Assembly: GCF_009914755.1 (NCBI RefSeq)
Contig: NC_060947.1
Source of the DNA: the human T2T-CHM13v2.0 reference genome, Homo sapiens
Reading direction: 5' to 3' (one strand)
DNA: 64,000 bases
The position numbers were made by a program, and so were the translations under genes. Below are positions 1-17,835 of this stretch, piece by piece; position 1 is the stretch's first letter; each line of letters begins with the position of its first letter. Under the pieces are notes generated by a model, which worked only from the letters and a program-made list of their open reading frames with translations, was not told where the DNA came from and did no database searches.

Positions 1-64
1 TGACTGGAATGAGATGGTATCGCATTGTGTTTTTTATTTGCATTTCCCTGATTAGTGATATTGA

Positions 65-357
65 CATGATTCCCAGCTCAGCAGTGTTGGGACATGGAGC
101 CTTTTCAGCAGTGTTTAGGTCATGAGGGCTCTGCCCTCATGAATGGATTAATGCTACTATAGAAAGGGCTTGCAGGAGTGGGCTTGCTTTTTTTTGCCCT
201 TCTGTTATTGAAAATGATGTAAGAAGGCCCACACCAGATGATAGTGCCTTGATCATAAACTTTTCAACCTCCAGAAATGCGAGAGAAGAAATATCTCTTC
301 CTTATAAATTACCCAGTCTCAGGTATTTTGTTACAGCAGCATGAATGGACTGAGACA
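65..357 (+). mobile_element. MaLR LTR fragment (MSTD/MLT1A-like)
   Basis: Contains ggtcatgagggctctgccctcatgaatggattaatgc and the MaLR LTR 3' end ataaattacccagtctcaggtattttgttacagcagcatgaatggactgagaca. Confidence 0.8.
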
Positions 358-359
358 AA

Positions 360-2105
360 GGTAAAAAGTGATATAACAAGAAATTAAAATATAAACATAT
401 TTTACAGCTTTAAAAATATAAATATGAGAAACTCAATTAAATGAGTAATTTTCTAAATGACAGGAATCACCAAAGTTAAGTAGTAGAGAACTGAAATACC
501 TAAGATCAATAACCATAGAAGAAAATGGGTAAGTTGTGACACAATGATCAAAGAAGTTTCCAAACCCAGATAGATAGTTCTGTAACTTCTAAAGAGCATA
601 AAATTTTTATGGCACAGAAGTTTTTTTTGGACCATAGATGAAAATGGAAAAAATTAAATTAATTTCATGAAATTTATATGCCTCAATACCAGAATGTAAC
701 ATATACAGGAGAAAAATATAAATTGCAAAGCAATCGCACTTATGGATATACAGCAAAAAACTGTAAAGTACTAGCAAATAAAATCTCTGACTTGTACGTA
801 TTTAATAAATATAAGTGTGATTTCTAATTAAGCATGTATTAATATCATACACAACATCACTAGGCTATAGCAGAAAAAGGAACAAACCAACAAAAAATAT
901 TGGAAAGGAAATTTAAAATTGTCATTATTGGTAGATAATGGTTGTTTACCCAGAATAGAAAATTTAAAATAATTAACTGAACAAGTATTAGATTTGTATA
1001 TACCAGTAGTTCAGTACTGAGGCCAGTTTCTAAAAAATTACTCAAAAATATCATGAACTACCCTAAATGGTAGATGCAGTCAGAAGACAAAGGGAAACAT
1101 TTCATTCCTTATGTATTGAATTATGAATATATTTCATATATGTGAAATTCCATTGTGTGTGTGTTTGTTTGTGTGTGTGTATATAAAATCAACGCATAAA
1201 AGTTAGCAAGAAAAGAAGAAAAATGTGATGGCTATGTCAGAAAATCTTCAAAATTTTTCTGAAAGAAATACAAGTTCACTTGCTTCATAAGAAGAATAAA
1301 GGTTGCAAGCATTGTAATTCTTTCAAATTTTAACATGCAAATTCATTCAATTACAATAAACACTATGGCTTTTTCTTTATTTGAAGAAGCAATTCATTTG
1401 TAAGGATAAATAGTAAAATTGAAAAAAAGATTGATGGAAGAGAGCACCTAGATATATTATTTTTGAAATCTCGTATATTTATTATTAAAGTAACAACTAC
1501 CAAAATGTGTTGTATTGACAAACTATTCAAATAATGCATCAAAAAATGAAGTGTTCACAAATTGGTAAATTTGGATGCGTTAATAAGTATGATGTTAAGA
1601 TCAGGTACTTTATACCTAATGGCAGTACACCATTCCTGAAAATCAGGTATTGTGTATAAAACATTAATCAAAAACTTCCCAATAACTTAAATTAGAAAAT
1701 TTATAGTGTAGTATTTTTACATGAAATCTCCAACTAATTTCCTAAAGCAAAACTACCACACAGTAAACCTATCCCATTACAAAGTAAAATGATTGAAGCA
1801 TTTCTTTCAGATCACCAAAAAAGTAATATTGATGATAACGAACCATCATTATGTAGTAATATGGTCTCTGAATTGCCTTTGAAGTGACATTTAACTCCAG
1901 TGGGTGCTAGGGTGTGAGGCTGTAGAAACCAAAATGACCCAATATTTTGTAATTAAAAGTCCTTGCAAATATATGTTTACACACATTTGTATACACATAC
2001 ATACATGCATGCACCAGACATATTACAATTTAATATAATAAATAAAATAATACAAGCTAGAATAATAGTTAAAATTTATGACTCAGCATAAAAATACTTC
2101 AAATT
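360..2105 (+). mobile_element. Highly decayed old L1M (L1ME-like) ORF2/3' fragments
   Basis: A-rich strand with weak remnants of L1 ORF2 phrases (tactagcaaataaaat, aaaatgtgttgtattgac, tatgactcagca). Only patchily recognisable. Confidence 0.45.
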
Positions 2106-2109
2106 ATAA

Positions 2110-6620
<4,511 letters not shown>

Positions 6621-6624
6621 CAAA

Positions 6625-7196
6625 GCAAGTCTCTGTGAAGTTCCAAACTTTCCCACATCTTCCTGTCTTCTGAGCTCTCCAAGTCTCTAGGAAGTTCCAA
6701 ACTTTCCCACATTTTCCTTTCTTCTTCTGAGCCCTCCAAACTGTTCCAACCTCTGCCTGTTACCCAGCTCCAAAGTTGCTTCCACATTTTTGAGTATCTT
6801 TACAGCAGCACCCCACTCTGCAGTACGAATTTCCTATATTGGTCCACTCTCATGCTGCTAATGAAGACATACCCAAGACTGGGTAATTTATAAAGAAAAG
6901 AGGTTTAATTTCCTCACAGTTCCACATGGCTGGGGAGTCTTCAGGAAACTTACAATCATGGAGAAAGGAAACTCATCACAGGACAGCAGGAGAGAGAATG
7001 AGTGTCCAGCGAAAGGGGAAGCCCCTTATAAAACCATCTGATCTTGTGAGAATTAACTCACTATCATGATAATAGGATGGGGGAATCTGCCCCCATGATG
7101 CAACTATCTCCACCTCTTCCCTCCTGTGACACATGGGGATTATGAGAACTACAATTCAAGATGAAATTTGGGTGGGCAAACAGCCAAACTATATTA
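6625..7196 (-). mobile_element. MaLR (THE1D/MSTA-like) 5' LTR (6835-7196) plus ~200 bp of internal sequence
   Basis: Antisense LTR catgctgctaatgaagacatacccaagactgggtaatttataaag...cagccaaactatatta. Internal motif ccaaagttgcttccacattt. Confidence 0.9.
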
Positions 7197-7199
7197 GTC

Positions 7200-10100
7200 T
7201 ATTTAGAAATCTGTAGTTAAGAAAGACCCTCCTTGCATTATTTCAAAAGGGCTGAGCTGTAGTTTTCCTTTCGGGACATCTCAAACCCGCAACAAGTCTA
7301 CAGGCAATAGAGACACCCATGCTTCTTATGTTTCCTGTAAGAGTTTGTTGAGTCATTTTTAGAGTTTGATTGGCTCTTTCTACTTTCTCTGAAGACTGCA
7401 ACCTTCATGCTGAATGAAGGTGGTACTAGATTCCTAGGGCTGAAGATACGTTTTGTGTTATTTTTGCTGTGAAATATGGGCCATTATCACTGTGTAAGCT
7501 CTTAGGCAGCCCAAACCTAGAATTATTTCCTTTAATTAGAGTATAGAAACCTCAATTGCTTTTACAAACGGGGTAGGAAAAGTCTCAATCCAACTAGTAA
7601 AGGCATCAAAGAATGCTAATAAATATTTAAACCCTTTATATGGGGTCATCTGAGTATAGTCTATTTGCCAGTGTTCACCAGGGTAATACATTCCCCTATG
7701 CTGAACAGGACTTACTAGAGGAGGAGGTAAACGTTGGTTACATGGGTTATTTCAGGCACAGAGTTCACAGGCCAGAGTTACATGCTTTACAGTTTTAAGT
7801 AAGCCTTTCCTATAAAAATATGAGACATTAATATGAAATGAAAATTTCTTCCCGAGTAGAAACATACATATGTTTAACTATTTTCCATTGATTAGCATCC
7901 AGTGTCAACATCACTAATTAGCCAGCTGGAAGGATCTTGAATTACACCATGACCTTTAGCCCAGTTTTGCTCCTCTTTAGTATATTCTGGTTCTATTACT
8001 AGGAAGGCAATGGGCACTAACATGCCTACAATACCTCCTTTAATGCAGTGGCTTTAACTACAGCATCTTCAAAGGAGTTTCTCCTTATCACATTGGAATC
8101 TCCTTTTTTATGGCCTCTGCAATGAATTACAGCTACCTACTTGGGCAGCAAAATGACATCTAATAGATTTAAAATTTCCAAACGATGTTTTATAGGGGAA
8201 ACCTTAGTGGTTAGTAGTATCTCCGTTCCTTTAAGATAGCAGCATGAGCATGAAACACCAGAAAACATACCTGGAATCAGCAAAATCTTAATAAATCCTT
8301 TCCCAGTTGAAGGGCTCCAATAGGAGTCACTAATTCTGCCTTTACAGCTGAGGTAGAAGCCAGTAAGGTCTGAGCTTTGATTATCTCCTGTTGACTGACA
8401 ATAGCATACTGGGCTTGCCTGTTTCACTGGTGCACAAAGCTACTTCCATCTTTAAATCATTCTACCTTAGAATTATCTAGAGGCTAATCCTTTAAGTCTG
8501 GCTGGCTGGAATAAACTTGCTCCATCGCTTGTATGCAAGAATGATCTAAGGTGCTGTGAATTCAGACAGATAGGTAGCTGGGTTCAAATTCTGGCATACT
8601 TCAAGAGTTACATCAGGAGTTTCTAGCAACAAAGACTGATACATTAATAAGCATCCCCCAGTCATCCATTGGACCTCTTAACTACTAAGAATCCTTTTAC
8701 TTGTTGTGAGGTCAAAACCTCTAGATATTGTCCCAAAGTTAGTTTGTTGGTTTAATCTACCAAAAGAGGAGTTGCTGAAACTCTCCTGAGGCATCCAGCC
8801 AATCCTGATGCTACATGGTCTAATTGCTTAGAAAAATATGCCACTGGTTGAGGATGCCTCCCAGTTTCTGGAAAAGGACACCCAGGGCAGTTCCTTGTTT
8901 TTCAGACACATAAAGGAAAAAATAGCTTATCAAAATTGGGGATCCCTAGGGCTGGAGGTGTTTCCAATTTGTCCTTGGTAGCATTAAAAGTATGTTTGCA
9001 ATTGCTATCCCATCCCAAAGTATCTAAGTCTATTCCTTTTAGATTCTCATAAGGAAGCTTGGCCACATGCCCAAATGAGGGCACCCATAAATGTCAGAAT
9101 CCTGCCATTCCTAGGACATCTCATAGCTGCTTTCTCATTTGGGGTTTTGGAATGCCCAAGATAGCCTTTCATTCCAGAGCAATTGCCTGGGTAGCAGGAG
9201 TTAAGCCATATCCTAAATATTTAAACTCTTGAATTGAAATGTGGGCCTTATGCAATGGAACTCTATACCCATCAGCTCCCAGAACATTTAGAAACTTAAT
9301 ATTTTTATCCAAGTCCCTTTTGGTTGGGCTAGCAACCAAAAAATTTTCTACATACTGAATACTAGCACCCGTATTAAATTGTAACATCATTAATTCTCTA
9401 GCCAATGCATTTCCAAATAAATGAGGGCTGTCAATAAATCCCTGGGGAATAACTATCCAAGTTAATTGAGAAACAAAATGACTATGGGGGTCAGTCTATT
9501 CAAAAGCAAAGACAAATTGCAAATTGGAGTGTACAGGAATACAGAAAAGGGCATCCTTGAGGTCTAAGACTATAAACCGATTGGCATCCCCAGGGACCTG
9601 GGCTAACAGCATATAGGAATTGTGTATTGTAGGATGAATGAGAATGACAGACTGATTGACAGCTTGAAGATGTTGAACAAATCTATAATCTCCGTTAGGC
9701 TTTTTAACCAGAAAGATTGGAGTATTACAAGGAGATTCACAGGGGCTTTACAAACCGAATTGCAGAAGTTTCTTCATGAATGGTTGAATCCCTCTTTGTG
9801 ACTCTGGCTTCAAGAGGTATTGTATTTTCCAGGGGAAGGGGGCACCAGGCTTATGTTGAATGCAGGATGGAAAAATGTTTAATGCCTTGCCTGGAACCTG
9901 GGTGTTCCATAATATAGGATTTACTTGGGAGGTTATTTCAATAGGCAAGCTAGCTAAGTCCCCTATTGATATTTCTCCTTTATCACAGGAAAGGAGAAGG
10001 AGCAATCCCTCATTTGCCTTGTGATCTCCGAAATATGCCACTGTTTGCAGCCTAATCAACAAATCCCTTTCCAACAAAGGGGTGGGGCATTCAGTCAAAA

Positions 10101-10330
10101 TAAGAAAAGCATGTAAGAAAACCAGAGTCCCTAAAGAGCAGCTTAAATGACAGGTGAAAAATGGCACCTATGAGCTTGCCCATCTATCCCTGTGACCATA
10201 CAGTTTATTGGTGATGGAGACCCATTATAATGGGTCAAAACAGTGTAAACATCCATGTCCAAAAAGATGTTAATATTCTTACCTGTCACTTCAAGGGTTA
10301 CCCAAGGTTCATCTGGAGATATGGCTAGTT
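7200..10330 (-). pseudogene. pol: Decayed class I (gammaretrovirus-like) ERV pro-pol
   Basis: Minus-strand translation gives: protease IFLDMDVYTVL and HAFLILTECPTPLLERDLL; RT PQGFIDSPHLFGNALA and QYVENFLVAS (decayed YVDD); TPPALGIP connection; RNase H VAVIHCRGHKKG; integrase PGEHWQIDYTQM. Many stops and frameshifts. Confidence 0.92.
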
Positions 10331-10379
10331 GTCCAAAAGGAATTGCAGTGGAAGTTCACAGAACCTGTCACTCTTGGGC

Positions 10380-11940
10380 TTGCTCCGCTATTTTGGTCGT
10401 TATTGGTTTGGTGCTGATGGTTTCCTTCAGAGCACTGGGCATGCCCTCTTCCAAAGGCCAGTTTTCCTACAGTGTGCACACTGATTTATGCCCAAGGCAT
10501 GGTGACTCGGAAGCCTAGCTTGGGGCTTTTCACTTTCTAGCATTTCTTATCCAGGTCAAGAACCGCAATGCTGACCATGTGTGGAAGGTAATTTTAAGGC
10601 TACAGCCACGAGCTGCACCTTGTGGAAGGTTCTTTTAGCTCTTTCTTCATCCTCTGTTCCTATTATTAAAAATTATAAATGTCATATCCAAAAGCTGATT
10701 TATAGGAGTCTGGGGACCCAAAGCTGCTTTCTGTAGTTTCCTATGGATTATCAGGGACAGAGGGGGCTATAAAATATACTCCCAATAAAATCTGTCCTTC
10801 CCTTGAGGTGGGATCAGTGTTAGTATATTTCCCAATTGCCTCAACTAAACTCCCTTGAAACAATGCTGGATTATCATCTTTATCCTGAGTAACTTCCTTA
10901 ATCTTTTCATAATTAGCAGACTTTTATATACATTTCTTCATTGCTTCCAACCAGCAAGAGTCCATACAAGAGACCATCTCTCCTCCCCAAGTCCTCACTG
11001 CCCCTTTGAGAGTTTCATCCCCCATCTTGTTGTGGACTGCTGCATCCCCTACCTGGTAGACATTATTATTAGGGTTATGGGCCAATACTACATCCACATA
11101 AGTTCTAGCTGTCCCGAAAATTCATTGTTTCTCTTCTGCTGTACAAAAAATAGAAAACAAAATGTGCAGACACTGCCAGGTCAAACTATAGCTCATAGTT
11201 AATCTTTCAAACTTATCTGTGAGTTTTTCTAGATCTTCAGATAAATGAAAATTTTTTCTTTACATAAAGCCAAATCAGACATAGAAAAGATAACATGTGC
11301 CCTTACAGTGCCTTCTTTCCTATCTTTCACTTCTCAAAGCAGACAAAGATTGCCCTTTGGAGGTTGATAAGAGGCTCCACTAGGAGTAGTACTGGCAGGG
11401 CTAGGTTCCTCAGGGCATGGTGGGTATAGGATTAGGCTACACAGATAAGGAGAAGGGGATGAAAGAGTTTCAACAGAACTTCCAGATGGGCTAGGAGGGA
11501 AAGGGGCCTATGCACCTGAAGCATCAGAGCTGACAGAAGGAGGTCCTACTTCACACAAAAGTGCCCGCTGAACTGCAGTGGGGAGAGCTTACTTCAAGGG
11601 ATCATCTAGTATTTCTAATTATTTTTCTTCCCTTCCTTTTATTAAATATGCACACACCTGTTGCAGTGTTTTATCCTAACCCAGCAGTAAAAGCCCTTGA
11701 ATGTATGGTATTTTCCTCCATTTTTCTGCTCCCTTATGAAACAAATCAAGTTGAAGTATACTATTAAAGGCCATAGTCCAGATAAGTAACAATTTTGCTT
11801 ATCTTTCTTAGTGATATCAAGGCCAGACAATATTACAAGAAGATGTAATTTTTTTAAAGTTCATTTTGCTTAAATTGGTCCCAATGTTAAAGAATACATC
11901 CTACTGGTGAATTCTTTGGGACTGATGATGTGGACCCCAT
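10380..11940 (-). pseudogene. gag: Decayed ERV1 gag (HERV-H/W/9-supergroup-like)
   Basis: ATG at 11940 reads MGSTSSVPKNSPVGCIL*HWDQF...LQLDLF. Major homology region QDKDDNPALFQGSLVEAIGKYTNTDP near 10,820-10,890. Decayed zinc knuckle CAHCRKTGLWKRAC near 10,440-10,480. Confidence 0.88.
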
Positions 11941-12376
11941 GAAGGAGGCAGATAACATTAAAGGAAAATTTCTAAGCCTTCAAGATTGTACTGTCACTGG
12001 CCAAGATCCATTAAAAAGAACAAGAGAATGTTTAAGGCCAGATGTGTTAATGAGAGAATCCTTGCTGAAAATTGGATTTCCTTATGTATAGCAGCCAGAT
12101 AATATAAATGAGCTAAGCCATATGCCTTAGATAACCTACAATATGGAAATTGACAAAAGAAATGTTGGATAAGGCAAGGGTGATGGGAAGGATTTAGGTG
12201 GGGATGACCAGAGTGAGCAGGTTCTGGTCAATAGTAGCAGTGTAGATTGGACAAACAAGCTGATTTTCCTGAATCCAAGAAAGAAAATAAGGTTTGTTAG
12301 TGAGCAAATGAAATAAAACAGGAAGGAAAAGTCCCTTGATTTCCATCCTGGTGCTTTTTAATTTTGCCTAATGGAC

Positions 12377-13580
12377 TGATATGGCTTAGCTCTGTGTCCT
12401 CATCCAAATCTCATCACGAATTGTAATCCCCACATGTTGGGGGAGGGGTTTGGTGGGAGGTGATTGAACCAGGGGGCAGACTTCCCACTTGCTATTCTCA
12501 TGACAGTGAGTTCTCATGAGACCTGGTTGTTTGAAAATGTGTTGGACTTCCCTGTTTGCTTGCTTTCTCTCCTGCCAACATGTGAGGAAGGTTCTTGCCT
12601 CCTTTTCACCTTCTTCCATGATTGTAACTCTCCTGAGGCCTCCAAGTCATGTTTCCTGTTAAACCTGAAGAACTGTGAGTCAGCTAAAACTCTTTTCTTC
12701 ATAAATTACCCAGTCTCAAGTAGTTCTTTATAGCAGTTTGATAATGGACTAACAATACAGAACATTGGTACCAGGAGTGAGGTACTGCTATAAAGATACC
12801 TAAAATGTGGAAGCAACTTTGGAATTGAGCAACAGGCAGAAGTTGGAACAGTTTGGAGGGCTCAGAAGAAGAAATGAAGATGTAGGAAAGTTTTGAACCT
12901 CCTGGACACTTGTTGAATGATTTTGACCAAAATGCTGATAGTGATATTTACAATGAAGTCCAGACTGAGGTGGTCTCAATTGGAGATGAGGAACTTCTTG
13001 GGAACTGGAGTAAAAGTCACTCTTGCTATGCTTTAGCAAAGACACTGATGGCATTGTGCCCCTGCCTAGAGATCTATGGAAATTTTACCTTGAGAGAGAT
13101 GATTTAGGGTACTTAGCAGAAGAAATTTCTAAGCAGCAAAGCATTCAAGATGTAACCTGACTGCTCCTAATGGCATACAATCATATGCTATCATATGCTT
13201 TCAAAAAAGATGGCCTGAAATTGGAATTTATGTTTAAAAGGGAAACAGGGCATAAAAGTTAGAAAAATTTGCAGCCTGACCATGTAGTAGAAATGAAAAA
13301 AAATAAAAAAATAAACATCTGAGGAGAAATTCAAGCCAGCTGCAGAAATTTGCTTAAGTAAAGGGGAGCTGAATGTTAAACACCAAGACGATGGAGAAAA
13401 TGACTACAGGGCATGTCAGAGACCTTCCTGTAAGCACCTTGCATTATAGACCTGGAGGCCTAGGTGGTAAAAAATGGTTTTGTGGGCCAGGACCAGAGCC
13501 CTGTTACTCTGTGCAGCCACAAACATGGTACCCTGTGCCTCTGCCACTCCAGCTCTACCCATGGCTAGAAGGGGCCAAGG
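12377..13580 (+). mobile_element. MSTA-like 5' LTR (12377-12759) plus truncated internal region
   Basis: LTR tgatatggcttagctctgtgtcc...ataaattacccagtctcaagtagttctttatagcag...ggactaacaataca, followed by ttggtaccaggagtg...aaaatgtggaagcaactttgg. Confidence 0.92.
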
Positions 13581-16500
13581 TACTTGTTATTGGTCTATTC
13601 AAGGATTTGACTTCTTCCAGGTTTAGTTTTGGGAGGGTATATGCATCCATGAATTTACCCATTTCTTCTAGATTTTCCAGTTTATTTGCATAGAGGTGTT
13701 TATAGTATTATCTGATGGTTGTTTGTATTTTTTTGGGGTCAGTGGTGATATCCCATTTATCATTTTTTATTGCATCTATTTGATTCTTTTCTATTTTATT
13801 CTTTATTAGTTATTTCTTGTCTTCTGTTAGCTTTTAGATTTGTTTGCTCTTACTTCTCTAGTTCTTTTAGTTGTGATGTTAGCGTGTTGATTTGAGATCT
13901 TTCTAGCTTTTTGATGTGGGCATTTAGTGCTACAAATTTTCTTCTTAACACTGCTTTAGCTGCATCCCAAAGATTCTGGTACGTTGTCTGTTTGTTCACA
14001 TTGGTTTCAAAGATCTGCTTGATTTCTGCCTTAATTTCATTATTTACCCAGGAGTTATTCAGAAGCAGGTTGTTTAATTTCCAAGTAGTAATGTAGTTTT
14101 TAGTGAGTTTCTTAATTTTGAGTTCTAATTTGATTGCACTTTGGTCTGAGAGACTGTTTGTTATTATTTTAGTAATTTTCCATTTGCAGAGGAGTGTTTT
14201 ACTTCCTATTATGTGATTGATTTTAGTATAAGTGACATGTGGCACTGAGAAGAATGTATATATATTCTATTGTTTTAGAGTGGACAGTGATCTAGATATC
14301 CATTGGTCCACTTAATCCAGAGCTGAGTTCAAGTCCTAAATATTCTTGTTAATTTTCTGTCTCAATGATATGTCTAATATTGACAGTGGGTCGTTAAAGT
14401 CTCCCACTATTATTGTGTGGGAGTCTAAGTCTCTTTATAGGTCTCTAACATGTTGTTTTATGAATCTGGATGATCCTTTGTTGGGTGCATATATATTTAT
14501 GATAGTTAGATTTTCTCATTGAATTGGTTCCTTTACCATTATGTAATGCCCTTCTTTGTCTTTTTTTATCTTTGTTTGTTTAAAGTCTGTTTTGTCAGAA
14601 ATTAGGGTTGCAACCCCTTCTTCTTTCTGCTTTCAATTTGCTTGGTAAATTTTTCTCCATTCCTTTATTTTGAGCCTATATGTGTCTTTGCACATGAGAT
14701 TGGTCTCTTTAACACAGCACACCATTGGGTCTTGACACTTTATCCAATTTGCCGGTCTGTGTCTTTTAATTGGGGCACTGAGCCCATTTACATTTAAGGT
14801 TAATATTGTTATATGTGAAATGATACTGTCATTATGATGCTAGCTGGTTATTTTGCACACTTGGTGATGCCGTTTCTTCATAGTGTCCTTTGCATGTCAG
14901 AAAAGGATTTTATTTCTCCTTCACTTATGAAGCTTAGTTTGGCCGGATATTATATTCTGGTTGAAAATTCTTTTCTTTAAGAATGTTGAATATTGACGCA
15001 CTTTCTTCTGGCTTTTATGGTTTCTGCTGATAGGGCCACTGTTAATCTGATGGGCTTCCCTTTGTAGATTACCTGGTCTTTCTCTCTGGCTGCCCTAAAC
15101 ACTTTTTCCTTCATTTCAAACTTGGAGAATCTGATGATTATTCATCTTGGGGTTGACCTTCTCATGGAGTATCTTACTGGAATTCTTTGCATTTCCTGAC
15201 TTTGAATGTTGGACTGTCTTGCTAGGTTTGGGAAGGTCTCCTGGATGATATACTGAAGTGTGTTTTCCAACTTGGCCCCATTCTCCCTGTCTCTTTCAGA
15301 TACAGCAATCAGTCATAGGTTTGATCTTTTTACATAGTCCCATAGCTCTTGAAGGTTTTGTTTGTTCCTTTTAATTCTTTTTTCTTTAATCTTGCCTGCA
15401 TGCCTTATTTAAGCAAGTTAGTATTCAAGCTCTGATATTCTTTCTTCTGCTTGACCAATTCGGCTATTAATACTTACGTTTGCATCACAAATTTCTCATG
15501 CTGTGTTTTTCAGCTCCATCAGGTCATTTATGTTTCTCTCTAAACTGGTTATTCTAGTTAGCAACTCCTGTAACTTTTTATCATGGTTCTTAGCTTCCTT
15601 GCATTGGGTTAGAACATGCTCCTTTATCTCAGTGAAGTTTGTTATTACCCACCTTCTGTAGCCTACTTCTGTCAATTCATCCATCTCATCCTCTGTCCAG
15701 TTCTGTGCCCTTGCTGGAGAGGTGTTGTGCTCATTTGTAGGAGAAGAAAAATTCTGACCTTTAGAGTTTTCATTGTTGTTTGTTGCTGTTGTTGATTTTT
15801 TCTTGTCTTTATGAGTTTATCTAGTTTTGATCTTTAAGGCTGCCACCTTTGGTTGAGGTTTTTGTGGAAACATATTCATGATGATGTTGTTTCTTTCAGT
15901 TTGTTTTTCTTTCAATAGTCAGGTCCCTCTTCTGTAGGGCTGCTTTGTTTTGCTGGGGGTTTACTTCAGGCCCTATTCTTCTAGGTCCCTCTTGTATCAT
16001 AGATGTCACCCGAGGGGGCTGGAGAACAGCAAAGATGGGTGCCTGCTTCTTCCTCTGGGATATCTGACATTGAGGGGCACTGAACTGATGCCAGTAGGAA
16101 CACTCCTGTATATGGTGTCTGCTGACACAGTTTGGGGGCATGGGAACCAGGACCTGTTTAACAAAGCACTTTGGCTTTCCCTTGGTGGATGTGGTGTGCT
16201 GCACTGGACAGAAACCCACTTGTCTGGGCTGCCCAGATTCCTCAAAGCTAGCAAAGGAAAAGACTAAGTATGCTGGTCTGCAGAGACCATGGCCACCTCT
16301 CCCCCTAGGGGCTCAGGCCCAGGGAGATCAGAGCTCTGTCCCTCTGTCCCTGGGTGGAGTTGCTGGAGTTCCTGCAGAGAGTCCCTACCCAGTGAGGAGG
16401 GGTGATTAGGGTCAGGCCTAAGAAGGCAGTCTTGCCATGGTCTGCCACAGTTGATGTGCTGTGCTGTGGGGAATACCTCTTGGGACCAAGCTGTCCAGTT

Positions 16501-16865
16501 TCCCCCCCAGCTCCAACAGGGGAAAAACATGGCCTGGAGCTATAGTGATGCCTGGACCCTTCCTCCCAGGGAGTTCAGTGTCTGTCTTAGGCAGCTAGCA
16601 GGCACAGTGATGGCTGCTGTCTCTCCCCTAGGGAGCTCAGTATTCTTAGACAGCTGGCAACCCCAGGGATGGCTGCCACCACTCCCCTAGGGAGCTCAGA
16701 CAGCTCAGACAGCAGGTAGCCACAATGATGATGGATGCCCCTCCCCCGGGAACTCTTAGGCAGATTCCAGCTGAGTGGCTGTTGAGAATCTGTGCAGCTG
16801 TATTGTTGGGACCCAAGGCCCTGGTGGCATGGGCTTATGAGTGGGATCTTCTGAACTGTGGGATG
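13581..16865 (-). mobile_element. L1PA (about L1PA8-10): part of 5'UTR, ORF1 and 5' ORF2; 3'-truncated with internal deletions
   Basis: ORF2 remnant at 13850-14245 (HIIGSKTLL...[31 protein letters not shown]). ORF1 remnant at 15496-15684 (MDELTEVG.RRWVITNF). The UTR is homologous to 55,200-56,100. Confidence 0.93.
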
Positions 16866-17035
16866 CAGTATTATTCAAAATAATTAGTAATGTAACTCCA
16901 TCAACAGGTGATGGGTAAAATGATATAGCATATCCACACAATACATTATTTCTCAACAATAAAAGGGGAAAAAACAACCCAACTACTGATACAGGCAACA
17001 GCATGGATAAATCTCATAGCCTTTTTGCTGAGCCA
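16866..17035 (+). mobile_element. Old L1ME 3'UTR fragment
   Basis: ccatcaacaggtgatgggtaaaat...catatccacacaatac...actactgatacaggcaacagcatggataaatctca. Confidence 0.7.
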
Positions 17036-17654
17036 GCTCGTATGACTTTGAGAGAGCCATTTGTGGGCATCTTTTCTCCCACCTTCACATTCAATGATGT
17101 CATTGCTACCTTGAAATGTACCCAGTATTAACAATTATGTCACACATCCCAGAGAGAGATTTAATCAATTTCTATAGATAGCCATGAAACTATCAAAAGA
17201 GGGGTTCCATTTGTTTTATTTTTCATCTAAGTGCTCCTAGGAAAAAAAAACTGTAGAAAGAGAAACTATGCCTTTATATGTCATATAATTATAGACGGTT
17301 CTGTAAAACTATGCTCCTCCTCAAATCCTGTACATCATTTTGTAAAATACCTCTCATTAGCAGGTTTTTCTAAAGTGACAATGAAACTTTCTCCCAGAAT
17401 ATACAGTTTAGTAGATACATTAGCAACAAAATTTAAATAGAAGTTTTTTAAAAAATACAATAGACTCCAGAGAACAGAAAATGAGAACACCACTAGAATA
17501 AGAAATAGAAACAATAGGAAAGTGGCTTGGAAGGCAATGAGAAACCAGCAACATCTTTTTCCACTTTAGAAGGGCAGCCAGACCTAGGAATGAGATGCAG
17601 AATGCATTTCTAATACAAATAAAATTGCACTGCCAAAAGCCATGCAATTTAAAT

Positions 17655-17835
17655 AAATGGTGTAGAGGAAAGAACCTCTGACTAATCCTCTGGTAACCTA
17701 AATCAGAGAGTAATTCAGTCCACTTTTGGAAAGTTCCTTTTGCTCTCTAGGCAGTTTCACCTTTTATGAAGTGAAGAGGTAGGATAACATGACTTCCAAG
17801 CCTGGTCTGCTTCAGACATTGTGATTGTGATTCTG
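17655..17835 (+). mobile_element. MIR fragment
   Basis: tggtgtagaggaaagaac start and a decayed core cagtttcaccttttatgaagtgaagagg. Confidence 0.55.

Noticed and set aside
6627-6740. ~53-bp tandem duplication in MaLR internal sequence
   Set aside because: I recall this duplication as common in THE1D/MST-type internal sequences, so it is probably not locus-specific (unverified).
13581-16865. Inverted homology with 55,200-61,000 as a segmental duplication or palindrome arm
   Set aside because: The two are independent, diverged copies of related L1PA subfamilies, and the homology does not extend into the flanks.
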